Source: Eledone cirrhosa (lineage: Eukaryota). From it: DNA of 64,000 nt. Numbering within the stretch: position 1 is the stretch's first letter; each line of letters opens with the position of its first letter. Below the pieces are notes generated by a model. The model was not told the origin of the DNA and searched no databases. It saw only the letters and a list, made by a program, of their open reading frames with translations. Position numbers and translations under genes: made by a program. This document shows, in pieces, positions 26,384 through 40,015 of the stretch. Location: the NCBI GenBank assembly GCA_964016885.1, contig OZ024743.1, positions 177,506,001 through 177,570,000 on the forward strand. The letters run 5' to 3'.

Positions 26384-27262
26384 CGAAGCTGCTCTCACCC
26401 ATGCCCGTGACACAGACCGCACCGCAGCCCTCTCACCTCACCTGCCCCAATACCCGTGTTCCTTTCCTTCTCACCTACCACCCCATCACCTTACCACTCC
26501 GGCGACATATCATCCGTTCCATCCGTACCCTCTCTTCTGACCCCGTCACTTCTCGCTTTTTTCCAAACCCACCAATTACTGTTTTTAAGCGCGCCTGAAC
26601 CTTCGCGACCTCCAGGTTGGCTGTTCTTTTTCGTCCTTTCCCACGACTCCACCCGGCTCTCATCCTTGTTCCCGTTCCCGCTGCAACACTTGTCCCTTTA
26701 TTTCCACCCTCACCACTCTTACAGGCCCTAAAAGGTCTTTCCGTATCCGCCATTCCTTCACCTGCACATCCACCTACGTTGTCTATGCCCACCAGTGTTC
26801 CCTTTGCGGGTCTTTATATATCGGACAAACGGAACGCCGTATGGCGGACCGTTTTGCCGAACATTTGAGGGACATACGACTCGGTTTGGATACTCCTGTT
26901 GCCCGTCATTTCTATTCTCCTGGTCATTCTTCCCTACATGTTTCAGTCCTGGGTGTCCTTTTACATCATGGATCACAGACCTAGCGCACCAGGACTGAAC
27001 AAAGTGTGATTCACCGTCTTGGGTGCTATTCTCCTCTAGGACTCGACTCACCTCCCCAATTTCTCTAATACACCGTCCATTATCACACCCCTAGATTCCT
27101 ATCGCTTTCTCTTGGTCATTAGCAGGTTCTCTTACTACTAATACATGCCGATACACACCCTTATATTAACATACTTTTGTTCATAGTTTCGTACGTACAT
27201 GCACACACACTCTTTTACTCACATATAAACACACATTTCTTCTTAACTTTGTACGGAACTAT

Positions 27263-27310
<48 letters not shown>

Positions 27311-27670
27311 ACTCATGCTTACGCACGTGCTCAAGTATAGCTCTTTTTATAAAACGTTTTTTTTTCATTTCAGGTAGACGCGCGCCATCATCCACTTTTC
27401 TAAAAAATAAATCATACACAAAACGTCAGCATCAACAGTTTTGCAAGAGATGTCAGCATAAATGGACCTGTTATTTTTATCTAAAGACATTTTTTCCAAT
27501 TCCAACCCGCCCGTCCCCTCAATCTATTTTATTTCTCATTCTTCCTTCTGATGAAGGACTAGCGTCCGAAACATTAAGTCTCTCTTCCTGCTATATCAAG
27601 CGTTAACCTATTATATACCTTCCATATACTGTACCGATTGTGTTGTTATTTCTGTTTACCTTTTACATAC
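26381..27670 (+). mobile_element. Neptune-like PLE fragment (linker, Cys motif, GIY-YIG, 3' region)
   Basis: RVPFLLTYHP, PITVFKR, PCSRSRCNTC, FTCTSTYVVY, LYIGQTERRMADRFAEHLR across frameshifts; hammerhead core at 27548-27580 (CTGATGA A GGAC tagc GTCC GAAA, stem I not evident). Confidence 0.75.
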
Positions 27671-27844
27671 ATGTATTTATATATATAATGCCAACACAAG
27701 AGCATGAATGAAGGGTTCATTCTACTGACATGGCTATAACATTGAGGCTTGTTTAGATAATTGCAAAGGAATCGAATGTTGTTATTAATATTCGAAAAAT
27801 TCAGATTACATTTATATATATATATATATATATAAAGGAGAAAA

Positions 27845-28640
27845 TGAAACGAAATTTCGTTTCATTTTTTCCCTTTATCGTATTCGGTGCACCCGGCCGA
27901 TTAACCCACTCGCTATGCAAATTGGGCTACTCAGCCGTTAATATGCATAAGGTAAGTATATACGTTCAACAATCTGGCAGGAAGGTATACGTTGCTGACG
28001 ATAGCTAATAAGCTTGAAACTAGTACAGCGTTCCTTTGTCAGTGTTGAACAAACGAGCAACGATGGTTGCTGGACACTACGGCTTAATACGGGATGCTTG
28101 TTTACAAACACACCGAGCATTATCATAAATGTTCGGTGAATCCATACGTACATATATATATATATGTGCATGTATGTATATATATATACATACAACTGTG
28201 CGTCTGTATACATATATGTATGTACGTGTCATACTTATATTTAAGTAACAGCCGTACTAAGAGTGGGAAATGAAATTTCGTTTCATTTTTTCCGTTTATC
28301 GTATTCGGTGCACCCGGCCGATTAACCCACTCGATATGCAAATTCGGCTACTCAGCCGTTAATATGCATAAGGTAAGTATATACGTTCAACAATCTGGCA
28401 GGAAGGTATACGTTGCTGACGATAGCTAATAAGCTTGAAACTAGTGTTGAACAAACGAGCAACGATGGTTGCTAGACACTACGGCTTAATACGGGATGTT
28501 TGTTTACAAACACACCGAGCATTATAATAAATGTTCGGGAAATCCATACGTACATATATATATGTGTGCATATATGTATATATATATACATACTACTGTG
28601 CGTCTGTATACATATATGTATGTACGTGTACATACTTATA
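27845..28640 (+). repeat. Tandem duplication of a ~421 bp non-coding hammerhead-bearing unit
   Basis: Units near-identical; hammerheads start at 27990 and 28411; each contains AAGgtaagt donor-like site. Confidence 0.85.
27990..28030 (+). ncRNA. Minimal hammerhead ribozyme motif
   Basis: CGTTG CTGACGA T AGCT aata AGCT T GAAA CTAG TA CAGCG; stem I CGTTG/CAGCG. Confidence 0.75.
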
Positions 28641-28789
28641 TATATATATATACACACGCACACATACACACACAGTTCTTGTCCAGTACTGGCGTTTATT
28701 CGTCTTCTATATTTCTTTGTCCCTTTCTATCTCTCTGACTCCCTCTCTCGCTTATATATATATATATATATATATATATAAGTACTTAT

Positions 28790-28946
28790 ACAGTACAACC
28801 TGTCGCATTATCGGGTCGTCGGCGACTAAACCACAAACCCCACCAAGTTTACTTGGTGAGGAGGGTGATTTTGGACACCCTGCAGGACAAAAACCAAACC
28901 TGACAAAGGGCGGAAGAACTCATAAGAATCAACGGCCATCCAAAAA
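28790..28946 (+). mobile_element. Dispersed repeat, probable LINE 5' leader; homolog at 58195-58352 (minus)
   Basis: cagtacaacctgtc..cttggtgaggagggtga..ggccatccaaaa shared with the minus-strand copy. Confidence 0.55.
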
Positions 28947-29859
28947 TGTGTAAATATGTATATACACATGTACATATGTATATGTATATATGTATATGCT
29001 TGCGTGCATGGGTATATATATGCGAGGGGACTTAGAAATATTTAGGCTGGATACCCCTTCTCGCGGTTAAACCATTGGGAGTAAAGGACCCCTAACCTTT
29101 ATCAGGGCATTCATCTAGGAGAAGGCGACTCAGGAAACGATATATTTCCGGCATAAAACCTGCGGCTTAGTAGTTACCGATGATATTGATCTTTTCTTCT
29201 TTTCGGGTTATAGCTACTGTCGCCCAGAGAGTGGTTTGGGCTCAGTTCACAGTCTTTCCTCACTTTAAAAAAAATCTTCACGCACAGGCATTGCACGATG
29301 GCATTAAGTGATAATTATTAATAATGGTATATCGTGCAATGACCATACGCGATAACGAGGAGGCAGCCATCATGTATGTATAAATCAGCTGTCCTGACCT
29401 AGAGAACGATGGGCTTTGCAACGTTTAAATGCCTAAGACAACAGCCTGTGACTCCATGAAAAGTTAAGGGTCCATAACATAGCCATTTCCCCTCCACCTA
29501 TCTCTTTATAAAATTCTGAGAGTCCAAGTAGTTCAGTCCTTTTTCACACTTTATATTTGAAATATCAGATGGAATAACGTTTTGAATTTGGAATGTAGTA
29601 AGTGCTATGTAACATTGATAAATTTAGCAAGACAATATTTTCAGATCTTAGGTACACAAGCTAGCAGCCAATTCTATAGAATCTACTTGATGCTCCTCAG
29701 TTTCAAACCTTATATAATTTTCTTTCTGTTGTGAAGCCCCATTTGCGAAGCCCCATTTACTCAACCTGTAACAAATTTAGCAATAACTTACTTGATAATT
29801 TTGACAATAAAGAAGAAATAGATACATAATATAGACGAGCACTAGAAGTTCCTGAAAGG

Positions 29860-31156
29860 TAATCTTTTGATGGCAACAAACAAGGTATGTGGTTGGAGAG
29901 GAGGTCCAGGGAGTAGGAGAGTGACTTGGTGGTAGAATAATAGCGTTGATCAAACAATTAATGCGAAGAGACAAGCATGAAAGAATGGTAAAATGGGGTA
30001 GCAGAGTACTTTACAAAGAGGCCAGGCTAGGCGACTAGTATATTTTGCAAGGAGGGAAGCAGAAAATATAGAATTTATGCATGTTATACAATGTGAGCTG
30101 TTCAGGATCGTGAGGCAGTGTGTCGGAAAATTGTGATGTTGTTAGGGAGAAGTGTGTCTCAGATGACTATGGTGCACTTGCCCTCATGAACACCAAAAAG
30201 AAGGCAACATGGAAGTGTCATTCTGATAGACAGATGAATGGGGATGAAAATAGCCTACCTCAAGTTGACCCAACAGAGGGACCAGCTCTACAAGTCAGCA
30301 GCATCATTGTAAGGAAATTAAGGATATGAAAATAGGCAAAGCAGCTGGGGCATCAGGAATAGTTGCTAAGATGCTGAAAGCATGAGATGGTAGATAACAA
30401 TATTCTAAACCAAGTAATACATAATAGTGATTTATCCAATGACTTACATAGCAGCATATTCGTCAACTGCTACAAAAACAAAGGTTATACACTAGACAGA
30501 GGAAACTAACGAGGCATCGAATTGATGAACCAGGTGTTGAAAGTTAGTCATTGTACAACTGATTAGGGATCAATTTAACCTAGATGTGATGCAGTTCAGA
30601 TTTGTGTCAGGTAAAAGTATTATGAATGCCCTCATCCTCGTGAGGCAACTGCAGAAGTACGTAACTAAAAGTAAACCCCTCTACTTGGCATTTGTTGATC
30701 TGGAGAAAAATTTTGACAGGGTCACCTGTTCTGTAATCTGTGGGCGCAAATGAAGTGGTCATGTTGGTGACACGACAATAAATGCTCAGTTCAAACTGTA
30801 AAGTGGTCATTATGGTGACATGTCAGAAAGCACTTAGGCCACACAATAAAGTGGTCATTTTGGTGCCACAACAAAAAATACCCAGTCTACACAGTAAAGT
30901 GGTTGTGTTGGTGTCATGACAAAAAACACCCAGTCTACACTGTAAAGTGATCATTTTAGGACTATGATAAAAGACACCCAGTTCACCCGGTAAATGTGGT
31001 TGGCATTGGGAAGGGCATACAGCCATAGAAACCAAATCAGAAACAATTCGGTGTGAGCAAGATATGATCACCTGATCTGACTTGTCTCACAACAGGACAA
31101 GTCGTGTAACCCATGCTAGCTCGGAAAATGGACGTTAAATGATGATGACGATGATG
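29860..31156 (+). mobile_element. Degenerate RTE-clade LINE (same family as 61317-64000)
   Basis: ENCDVVREKCV, WKCH, VDPTEGPA, KPLYLAFVDLEK remnants; 3' end cccatgctagc..gacgttaaatgatgatg. Confidence 0.8.
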
Positions 31157-31789
31157 TACGGGAATCATTCTGTCATTACACTAGCAGAAGTCAGATGAGC
31201 ATTTGATCCCAAGGACGCATCCAGGTCTTAGGTAGAGGGGCCTGTTTGAAAAATATATTGCAGTTTCCATTTCATGCCGCAAAAACTGGCACGGGTCCTG
31301 AGACATGTCCTGCGAGGGATGGGAGGACGCACACATTTGCATACCCCGAAACCCCAGAAAGACCCCGGAAGGGAGGAGCAAACCGTAACAGATTGATCTT
31401 GGAACATCACAACCCTATAGGTAAGGAGCAGGAACTAGGGGAGGAGGCTCCATATAGTCTGGATTTCGTTAACAAAGTTCTGTGGTTCTGACACTGTAGA
31501 TTTACTTTTACATTTGTCAGCTAATTCACCTTCGTAATTCTAGGGAACTTTGACTGGTATTTCTAGCAAGTGGGGTGAAAACGTAGCGATATGTTTTATG
31601 CACAGGTCAGACTTCAACGCGCCAGACAAGATGAATCGACATATGTATAATCAATGAGATTCCAACCATGACAATCCTGCTTTTATATGAATACCTAAGA
31701 CTACATTGTTGAATGCGCTCGTCATTATTTTAAAAGGTGGCGGGAGGGAAATATTTGGATGCTATTTTTAGCAGATTTAGGATCTACCT

Positions 31790-32240
31790 AGCCGGTAATA
31801 GGCTATGTAGCCGGTAGAGATCAACAGTCGGTAAGACTCTATGTAGCCAGTAGAGGGCTTATAGTGGGAAAATTCTATGTAGCCGGGAAGAGGTTATGTA
31901 ACCAATAAGAAGCTATATAGCCAGTAAGAGGCTATGTAGCCGGTAAGAAACTCTGTAGCCGGTAAGATTATTTGCAACCAGTAGAGTTTTTAAAGCAGGC
32001 ACAGTCTATGTAGCTAGACATGGTATGTAGCCAGTAAGAGGCTATGTAGCCAATAAGATGTTACGTAACCGGAAAGAGGCTATACAGCCGGAAAGAGCCC
32101 ATGCAGCCGGAGAGACGCTATCTAGTCGCTATGTAGCCAGTGATCAGGTATGTAGCCAGTCAGAAGCTATGCAGCCGATTAGGTTCTGTAGCCGGTAAGT
32201 GGCTATGTAGCCGGTAAGTGGTGATGTAGCCGGTAAGTTA
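31790..32240 (+). repeat. ~20 bp minisatellite (gctatgtagccggtaagag)
   Basis: About 20 diverged tandem copies. Confidence 0.85.
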
Positions 32241-32524
32241 TGTACATTTACATATACTAAGACATAAACGTTATCAAAGCTGAAAATATTCTGTTTATCT
32301 TCCCCTACACAGATACAATTTTAAAGAATACCTTTACATGTATTACAGCTAATTTAACTTTGTAATTCGACATAGCTCCACATCTCATCTCACTTGACGT
32401 TTGAACATCATACAAACGTGAAACCTGTGAAATTATTATTGATAAATTTCCTTAGGGAAATTGCATTTTCAACTTCCTTCCTACATTTTTATCCGTTTGG
32501 GATGTAAAAATAACCTTATTTTCT

Positions 32525-32949
<425 letters not shown>

Positions 32950-33095
32950 AAGTATTTTCGTATCGAGAGAGAGAAGAAAAGAAGAGTAGTTATTTGCCAA
33001 ATAGCGTATGCAAAAGGTGCTCAATACTAGTGCCGGCAGTATTAAATATTAGAAGGGTTAATATTTAGTGGGCGAGAGATTTAGCAGAGCGTAAG

Positions 33096-35585
33096 CACGT
33101 GGCAAAGTAAGAAATCGGAGAATAGACCGTTAAAACATGTTTATTTAAAATAGCACCTACGTACGTTTCGCCCAGTTGGGCTTGTCAAGGGCATAAATAA
33201 CCAAAAGTGTTCCTTACATTGCTCGGAAAGTGTTTTTGGGGTTACGTTCCCGTCATAATTCATTCTTCACAAAGAAAGCGTGTTTTGATTTTGCAGTAGG
33301 TTAAGGGAGGTAACTCTGGCCGGTGTTAGGGCAGTCTTTCCCGGACAAATTTTTTATCCGTTACAAGATGTGGTTACAACCTTACTATTGTCGATACGTA
33401 CAGGGTCAGGTGATCAACGCTTATTTTGAGACGTTTGTTTTTCCGCACCTGCTCGCCTGGGACTGGGATGCATGGTTAGTTTCCTGGGTGTTTTTTTGCA
33501 GCGCCTGCCCGCCGAGGTATTAAAGCTTGTTGCAGGGAGACCCGGTACACGGTTTCACTTCTCATCCTTAACCCATCTGAAGAAGGATATTTTTAAGCGA
33601 TGTGTTCAACTTACCGTCGTTTCAGCTCTGCTGTTGATGAGCTCGTGGGGTGCAGTTATGATATGGTAGAGCTCCATGAGGCAAAGATCGTACTTCCTCT
33701 TGAAGTTGTACGGTGCAGCCCTTCCGACAATATCCCAATGCGTGGAGAAGCTGATGTTTAAGTCTTTTAATGATGTGATGTAGTCCGCGAGCGAAGTGGA
33801 GTGTCTTAATTTCTTATTTGTGAAAGAGTGGAGATGTGTTCGAAATCTAATTTTGAACGGGCCCGAGGTAGCCCCTATATAATGTTTAACGCTATTGTGG
33901 CTAGTTACAGTGCACCTATATATAACCCTATCAGTCAAGCAGTATCCTCTAAGGGGGAAGCGTCCCCTGTCGCGGCAATTGCAATTTCTGTCGCGGTTCC
34001 TTCCACTTCCCACGGTTAGGCCATCATTGTTGCTATCTACGTTGCTATCTACGCTCCCGCACCTGTCGTTAGCACCATTACAATCCACGGTGCGCGGGGT
34101 GGTACGATTATTAATCCGCACGTCATGTCCTGCATGTTCCCCATTCATGTCACGGTTATGCTGGTTGCGTCTGTAGAGGCCGTTGCCAGCACTATTGGAT
34201 GCTGCTAGGGAGTTGTTAAGGCTGATATAGTTATTGTCAGGTGTAGGTGCGTCTGTTCTAAGGTGCTGTGTCTTCGTGATCTTACTGTGGTTCGTTGTTC
34301 CTATGATGTCTGCTAGGTTAGGAGTAGTAGAGAAGGATATTTTTATATTGTTCCTATTAAGAATTTTTCTTTACCTATGGTTGGGCGGGAAGTACTTCTC
34401 TAAGGCTTCGAAGAATATCCGGGGTATGTTGGAAGCCACACTCCGAGAGTAAGGGGGTGGAACCTTAGGACGTTACGGTGGCGATAAACGTGTCCTTGTA
34501 CGTTTGCTACGGGTGGTTCCATCAGGGTGACCGTTCTTATGTATGTTAATGCGCTGTAGCCCGTTACGTGCCCTTTCACTTTATGCTTGGGTGCACTCTT
34601 CTTCCTCCTTCCTTGTGTATGTACAGAAAGACGTTGGTTGGAAGGCGTTGGTAGTAGGCCGTCGCCTTTGTTGATTTTATAGTAGGGGAATAATTCGAGT
34701 AGGCTACAGTGGTCACTGTCACCGGGATCGTGATCTTTATTGTGTGGTAAGTTACCTATACCATCGCCAGTGTAATTAAAGTTGCGGCCGTGTCCCTTAG
34801 TGCCATTATCTATACTATTATATCCGACTGCTACGAGGTCGCCGCGTGATCGGTTATAGGTATGGCTTACTATAACGTTCGTTTTATGAGGGGGTGGCGT
34901 TATGGATGTAGGAAATTCCTCGGTTAAAGCCGGCGCTTATCAAGGCCCTCTTGTAATAATCTGCCGCTTTGTTGAAGATATCCTCATAGGCGGAGATCCT
35001 CGAGATTCTATATGAGATGCTATATACTATGGAGTTGAGAGTCTGCTTAGGGTGGTTGGAGGCATAATTAATATAAGAAAGGCACTCTCCAGGCTTATGG
35101 TATGGCTTGTATAGACCTGTACTCAACTCCAGGGTCACGTCCAGGAAGTTGACAACCTGGTGGTTGAGGTCCATTGTTACGGATAGGCCGTATGACGTGA
35201 AGAACCTGTGTATATGTTTGTTAAGGTTCTCTATCCTACGAGGGCTATGGTTCCTAACGGTAAACAGGGCGTCGTCCCTATATACACCTCCTTGTAGGGC
35301 CGGTATATCGCCCCTAAGCTTATGGAGGAAGTATATGCCGACCAAGTCACTTGCTTGCGCTGAGTCGCTGGACCCCATCGTGACATCGAAGTTATCAGGA
35401 CGGTTGGTTCTGGTCCAGTGCGAGCCTTCGAACTGGATAATGGTTCTACGCGCCGCTAGAACTATGTCTATTTCTTTTTTAGTGAGGCTAGTGTTAGATT
35501 TAGCTAATATGAGTGCCTTATTTTAGAGTATGGGGGATATAGAGGCGTAGTAACTATCTATGTCAAACTGGATGAACTTCAGGTT
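33096..35585 (-). mobile_element. PLE with YRDD-type RT and GIY-YIG, left arm
   Basis: QFDIDSYY, FDVTMGSSDSA, VYRDD, NFLDVTL, SNHP (34884-35585); GIY-YIG ORF 33606-34148; terminal hammerhead. Confidence 0.9.
33153..33192 (-). ncRNA. Hammerhead ribozyme motif, U3-A8 variant
   Basis: GCCC TTGACAA GCCC aact GGGC GAAA CGTACG TA GGTGC..AATAAA. Confidence 0.7.
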
Positions 35586-36577
35586 CACCGTGGGTTGTAA
35601 TGGTGCTAACGACAGCTGCGGGAGCGTAGATAGCAACGTAGATAGCAACAATGATGGCCTAACCGTGGGAAGTGGAAGGAACCGCGACAGAAATTGCAAC
35701 TGCCGCGACAGGGGACGCTGCCCCCTTAGAGAATACTGCTTGACTGATAGGGTTATATATAGGTGCACTGTAACTAGCCACAATAGCGTTAAACATTATA
35801 TAGGGGCTACCTCCAGCCCGTTCAAAATTAGATTTCGAACACATCTCCACGCTTTCACAAATAAGAAATTAAGACACTCCACTTCGCTCGCGGACTACAT
35901 CACATCATTAAAAGACTTAAACATCAGCTTCTCCACGCATTGGGATATTGTCGGGAGGGCTGCACCGTACAACTTCAAGAGGAAGTGCGATCTTTGCCTC
36001 ATGGAGCTCTACCATATCATAACTGCACCCCACGAGCTCATCAACAGCAGAGCTGAAACGACGGTAAGTTGAACACATCGCTTAAAAATATCCTTCTTCA
36101 GATGGGTTAAGGATGAGAAGTGAAACCGTGTACCGGGTCTCCCTGCAACAAGCTTTAACAACCCGGCGGGCAGGCGCTGCAAAAAAACACCCAGGAAACT
36201 AACCATGCATCCCAGACCCAGGCGAGCAGGTGCGGCAACAAACGTGTCAAAATAAGCATTGATTACCTGACCCTGTGCGTATCGACAATGGTAAGGTTGT
36301 AACCACATCTTGTAACGGATAAAAAATTTTTCCGGGAAAGACTGCCCTAACACCGGTCAGAGTTACCTCCCTTGACCTACTGCAAAATCAAAACACGCTT
36401 TTTTTGCGAAGAATGAATTATGACGGCAACTTAACCCCCAAAACACTTTCCGAACAATGTAAGGAATACTTTTGGTTATTTATGCCCTTGACAGAGCCCA
36501 ACTGGGCGAAACGTACGTAGGTGCTGTTTTAAATAAACATTTTTAACGGTCTATTCTCCGATTTCTTACTTTTCCAC

Positions 36578-36580
<3 letters not shown>
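35586..36580 (+). mobile_element. Inverted copy of the 3' 1 kb of the same PLE (right arm)
   Basis: Reverse complement of 33096-34090; ORF 35560-36072 mirrors 33606-34148. Confidence 0.9.
36484..36524 (+). ncRNA. Hammerhead motif with 1-nt core insertion
   Basis: GCCC TTGACAGA GCCC aact GGGC GAAA CGTACG TA GGTGC. Confidence 0.55.
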
Positions 36581-36616
<36 letters not shown>

Positions 36617-36785
36617 AAAAATGGGTTGTGTGGTTGGTGGATAAAGTGTATTGTATTTACAAATAATAAGAAAAAACGAACTGGGGATAATTTCCCCTCA
36701 TCAGTTGTCTGCTGGAGACAAGGACATTTCTACGCATTAGACAACTGATCAAGGGAAATTATGCCCATTCGTGCTTTCCTCCTCT

Positions 36786-36816
<31 letters not shown>

Positions 36817-36889
36817 ATTAAGGTTGCTTTAATGCGTCCATAGGCGGTATGCCGGTTGAGCATTCTATGCTCCTTCGGAGCAGTGTATA

Positions 36890-37097
36890 CTAATATGGAA
36901 ACCGAAGAATTAGTGATGCATCGCAACAAAATTTATTAACGTATTACAATTGTTTCTCCGGCGAATAGATAGAGGTGAGATCTATTTGTGGATCGAACCT
37001 GACTCTCGATCCACAAATAGATCTAAATAGATCTAAATTGTAATACGTCAATAAATTGAGTTGCGATGCATCACTGATTCTTCGTTTTCCATATTAA
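36890..37097. repeat. Hairpin element with nested internal hairpin
   Basis: Outer ~60 bp arms taatatggaaa..tacaatt; inner agatctatttgtggatcga/tcgatccacaaatagatct; minus strand carries GAAA CAATTG TA..AATAAA. Confidence 0.8.
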
Positions 37098-37111
37098 TAT
37101 ATATATAACAA

Positions 37112-37290
37112 ATTATAAAGTAAGAAGAAGTAATAGACACAGATATATACCTATTTTTTTCTTCAATGTCCCGATTGTACAGTTTCGCTGGTCAGTATGC
37201 AACAATCCGACAGCGAAACTGTACAGTCGGAACATTGAAGAAAAAATTGCTATATATCTGTGTCTTTTACTTCTTCTTACTTTATAATTT
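37112..37290. repeat. Hairpin with ~78 bp arms containing hammerhead 3' half
   Basis: cagc GAAA CTGTACAG TC ggaac on plus arm, mirrored on minus arm. Confidence 0.8.
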
Positions 37291-37481
37291 GTTACATAGC
37301 TCTGATATCGAGTCAATTTAATTATTTCAATTATCTTGTCTCTCATAATCATGGAGCAACACTGGTTAAGGTCGACATCACACAAACTCACATATTTGTG
37401 AAAAACATATATGTGTATATTTACATGTGTATGTATGTATGCACATATATGTGCGTACTTCTCATAATATATATATATATA

Positions 37482-38193
37482 TACGATATTAATAAATGGA
37501 AACTATATTTATAAAACCATATTTATTTCATTATACATATTTCAGGGATACCAAATTAAATTATGGTATGCCTTCATCAGACAAAATACAATATATAACA
37601 GTTTTACAAATAAGCTTTGACGTACCCTTTTAAAATGCAACCATTATTTTTGGAAGCCATCTGGATAGTGAGTTGTTTATATTATTTTAATAAGTCATAG
37701 TGTTAAGGACAATTAGAAAAAGACGGAGAGAAAGAAAAAGATGGAGAGAGAGAAAGAAAAAACGTGGAGAAATATCGGAGAGAGAGAAATGCATGGAGAA
37801 AAAAGAAAGAGATAAATAAAGACAGGAGGAAAGAAAGAAAAAAGAAAAAAGGAAGAAATAAGAAAAACAGAGGAAAGCAACAGAGAGATATTAAGTCATC
37901 AGACAGATAGAAAAACTCAAGAGAGAGAAATATTGTATAGAGAGAGGGGGAGATAATGAAAACTTTACGTCATGTCATATTAAGTTGAGTTAACAATTTA
38001 TATGAAATGAATAATAAAAATATAAATATTAATATTCATGAATGAGACATAGATATATAATATGAGAAATTAAACGTTGTTTAATAATGACTATATGTTT
38101 AGTTTAAAACTTGAGATCAATATACCAAAATTTGGGTTTAATCATCCAAAATGTACACATTACTAGAGAAATCAGTATCTTAGGCAAAGACAC

Positions 38194-38235
<42 letters not shown>

Positions 38236-40015
38236 GCACGTCCTGAAAATAGAAATTATATTTACTCAAGTCAACAATATAGACATACAAAACGCAGACG
38301 ATTTCTCTTAATCACTGCTATACATTCCTTGTGTTATAAAAAGTTCACAGTATATATACATAAATATATACGATTAACATTCATGTCTACATATATACGA
38401 TTAGCATTCATGCATTTAACATTCTGTTAAAATTATGCATATCTGCAATCAAAACTGCGTGGTTAGGCAACATATCACTTACCCACACACATAAATATAC
38501 ATATATATATATATACACATATATATGGATAAATAAATATTTGCGTGCGTCTTCCCACATCGCTCATGTATACATACAGACATATATACAATCATAAAAA
38601 ACCTATAACACTTTTATATGCATGTTAATACACACATACACATTTGTATAGAGATAATCAAATATCAATATATTACTAAGGATTATACTTTGGAAATATA
38701 ATTATAACAATATAAATTTAAAATACCAAAGGATTATATTTTGGAAATGCATTTATATCAGTATAGTCAAAAGGACAAACCAATTCTAGAAATATCAAAG
38801 CATTAAATATCTTTAAAACACTATAGAGTATCTTAAGTTAAAATAATATGTTTCATATATTTAGTATAGAAATTTATCCTACGTATATTTCAATCAAGAT
38901 ATTGAAAGGGTAGACTTATGAAAATTATGAGAAGCTATCAGAATCAAAACAAAACTAATAAAGATAAATAAAAATAAAAATAGAAATAAAAGTTAAATAA
39001 ATATTATATCAATATAATTTAAAATTTAAAAATTTTAAAATTTTAAAAATTTTAAAAATTTTAAAAAGTTAAAATAATTTAAAAGATTTAAAAAACACAA
39101 GGATTCTACAGATATCCTTATATTTAGTATAGAAATTTATCTTACGTATATTTTCTTTAAGACATTGGAAGTATAGACATTTTAGAGTAGTTTATTATAT
39201 CTATGTTTATATTTAGGAAGAAAGTTTAAAAAGAAAGAGGTGAAGGAATCTAATGATTTATCGACAGGTTTCATATATTAACTAAATTACTTAATTAATT
39301 ATACTACATTTAAAATTTATATTTATATTTAAACGTTGAGTTCAATCTATGTCTGCAGCAACTGAATAAATTGTTCCTTAAATTAAGGGAATTTTTGGAC
39401 TTTAATATAAAGAATATTTCTTCAATACAAAGATCACAATTTTCTGAAGAGGAATTAAAAGGAGTACCTTTTGAGAAATAATATTCCAAGTCATCGAATA
39501 TTTAACATTATCTCGTTTTAGGTCCCATAGTAGGCTAAATAGCGAAGTTGAAGATTTTTTGTTTGGATCTGTGAAAGAATTTTTATGATTATTGAAGCGA
39601 AATTTAAATTCTGTAGTGGTAGAACCAACATAGTTAAATGAATTTAAATTAGTTTTAACATTACAATTGTACACTACATTTTTAGCTAAGCAGTTGTTAT
39701 TTAACGGACATTTAGATTTATTTCTACAGTTACAGTTATTCAATTGAATATTGCTTGGGTTATTATTGGTATTTTGGTTAGGTTTTAAATTTCTATTATT
39801 AATTCTATTAATATTTTGTGCTAAATTTTTGGTGGACGAGTAAGTTAATTTTATAGTGTGTCTATTAAAAATTGAGTAATATTTATGTGTTCTAGGGAAG
39901 CGTTTGTCAAGAGCTTTAAAGAATAGTTTAGCAATAGGGGTTTTAATATTTAGTGAGAAAGGGGGAGCAAACCATAATATATTTCTAGTTCTATTTCTTT
40001 TTCGGCTTTTGACTA
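37482..40015 (-). mobile_element. PLE (relative of 18795-21283), 5'-truncated
   Basis: ORF 39402-40015 RNILWFAPPFS, CNCR..CPL, YVGSTT; 3' region and hammerhead. Confidence 0.85.
37524..37588 (-). ncRNA. Hammerhead ribozyme motif, canonical core
   Basis: TATTTTGT CTGATGA AGG c ATACCA..TGGTAT c CCT GAAA TATGTA TA ATGAAATA. Confidence 0.75.

Noticed and set aside
31790-32240. CRISPR-like array
   Set aside because: Contiguous degenerate 20-mers without unique spacers, in eukaryotic context; a minisatellite.
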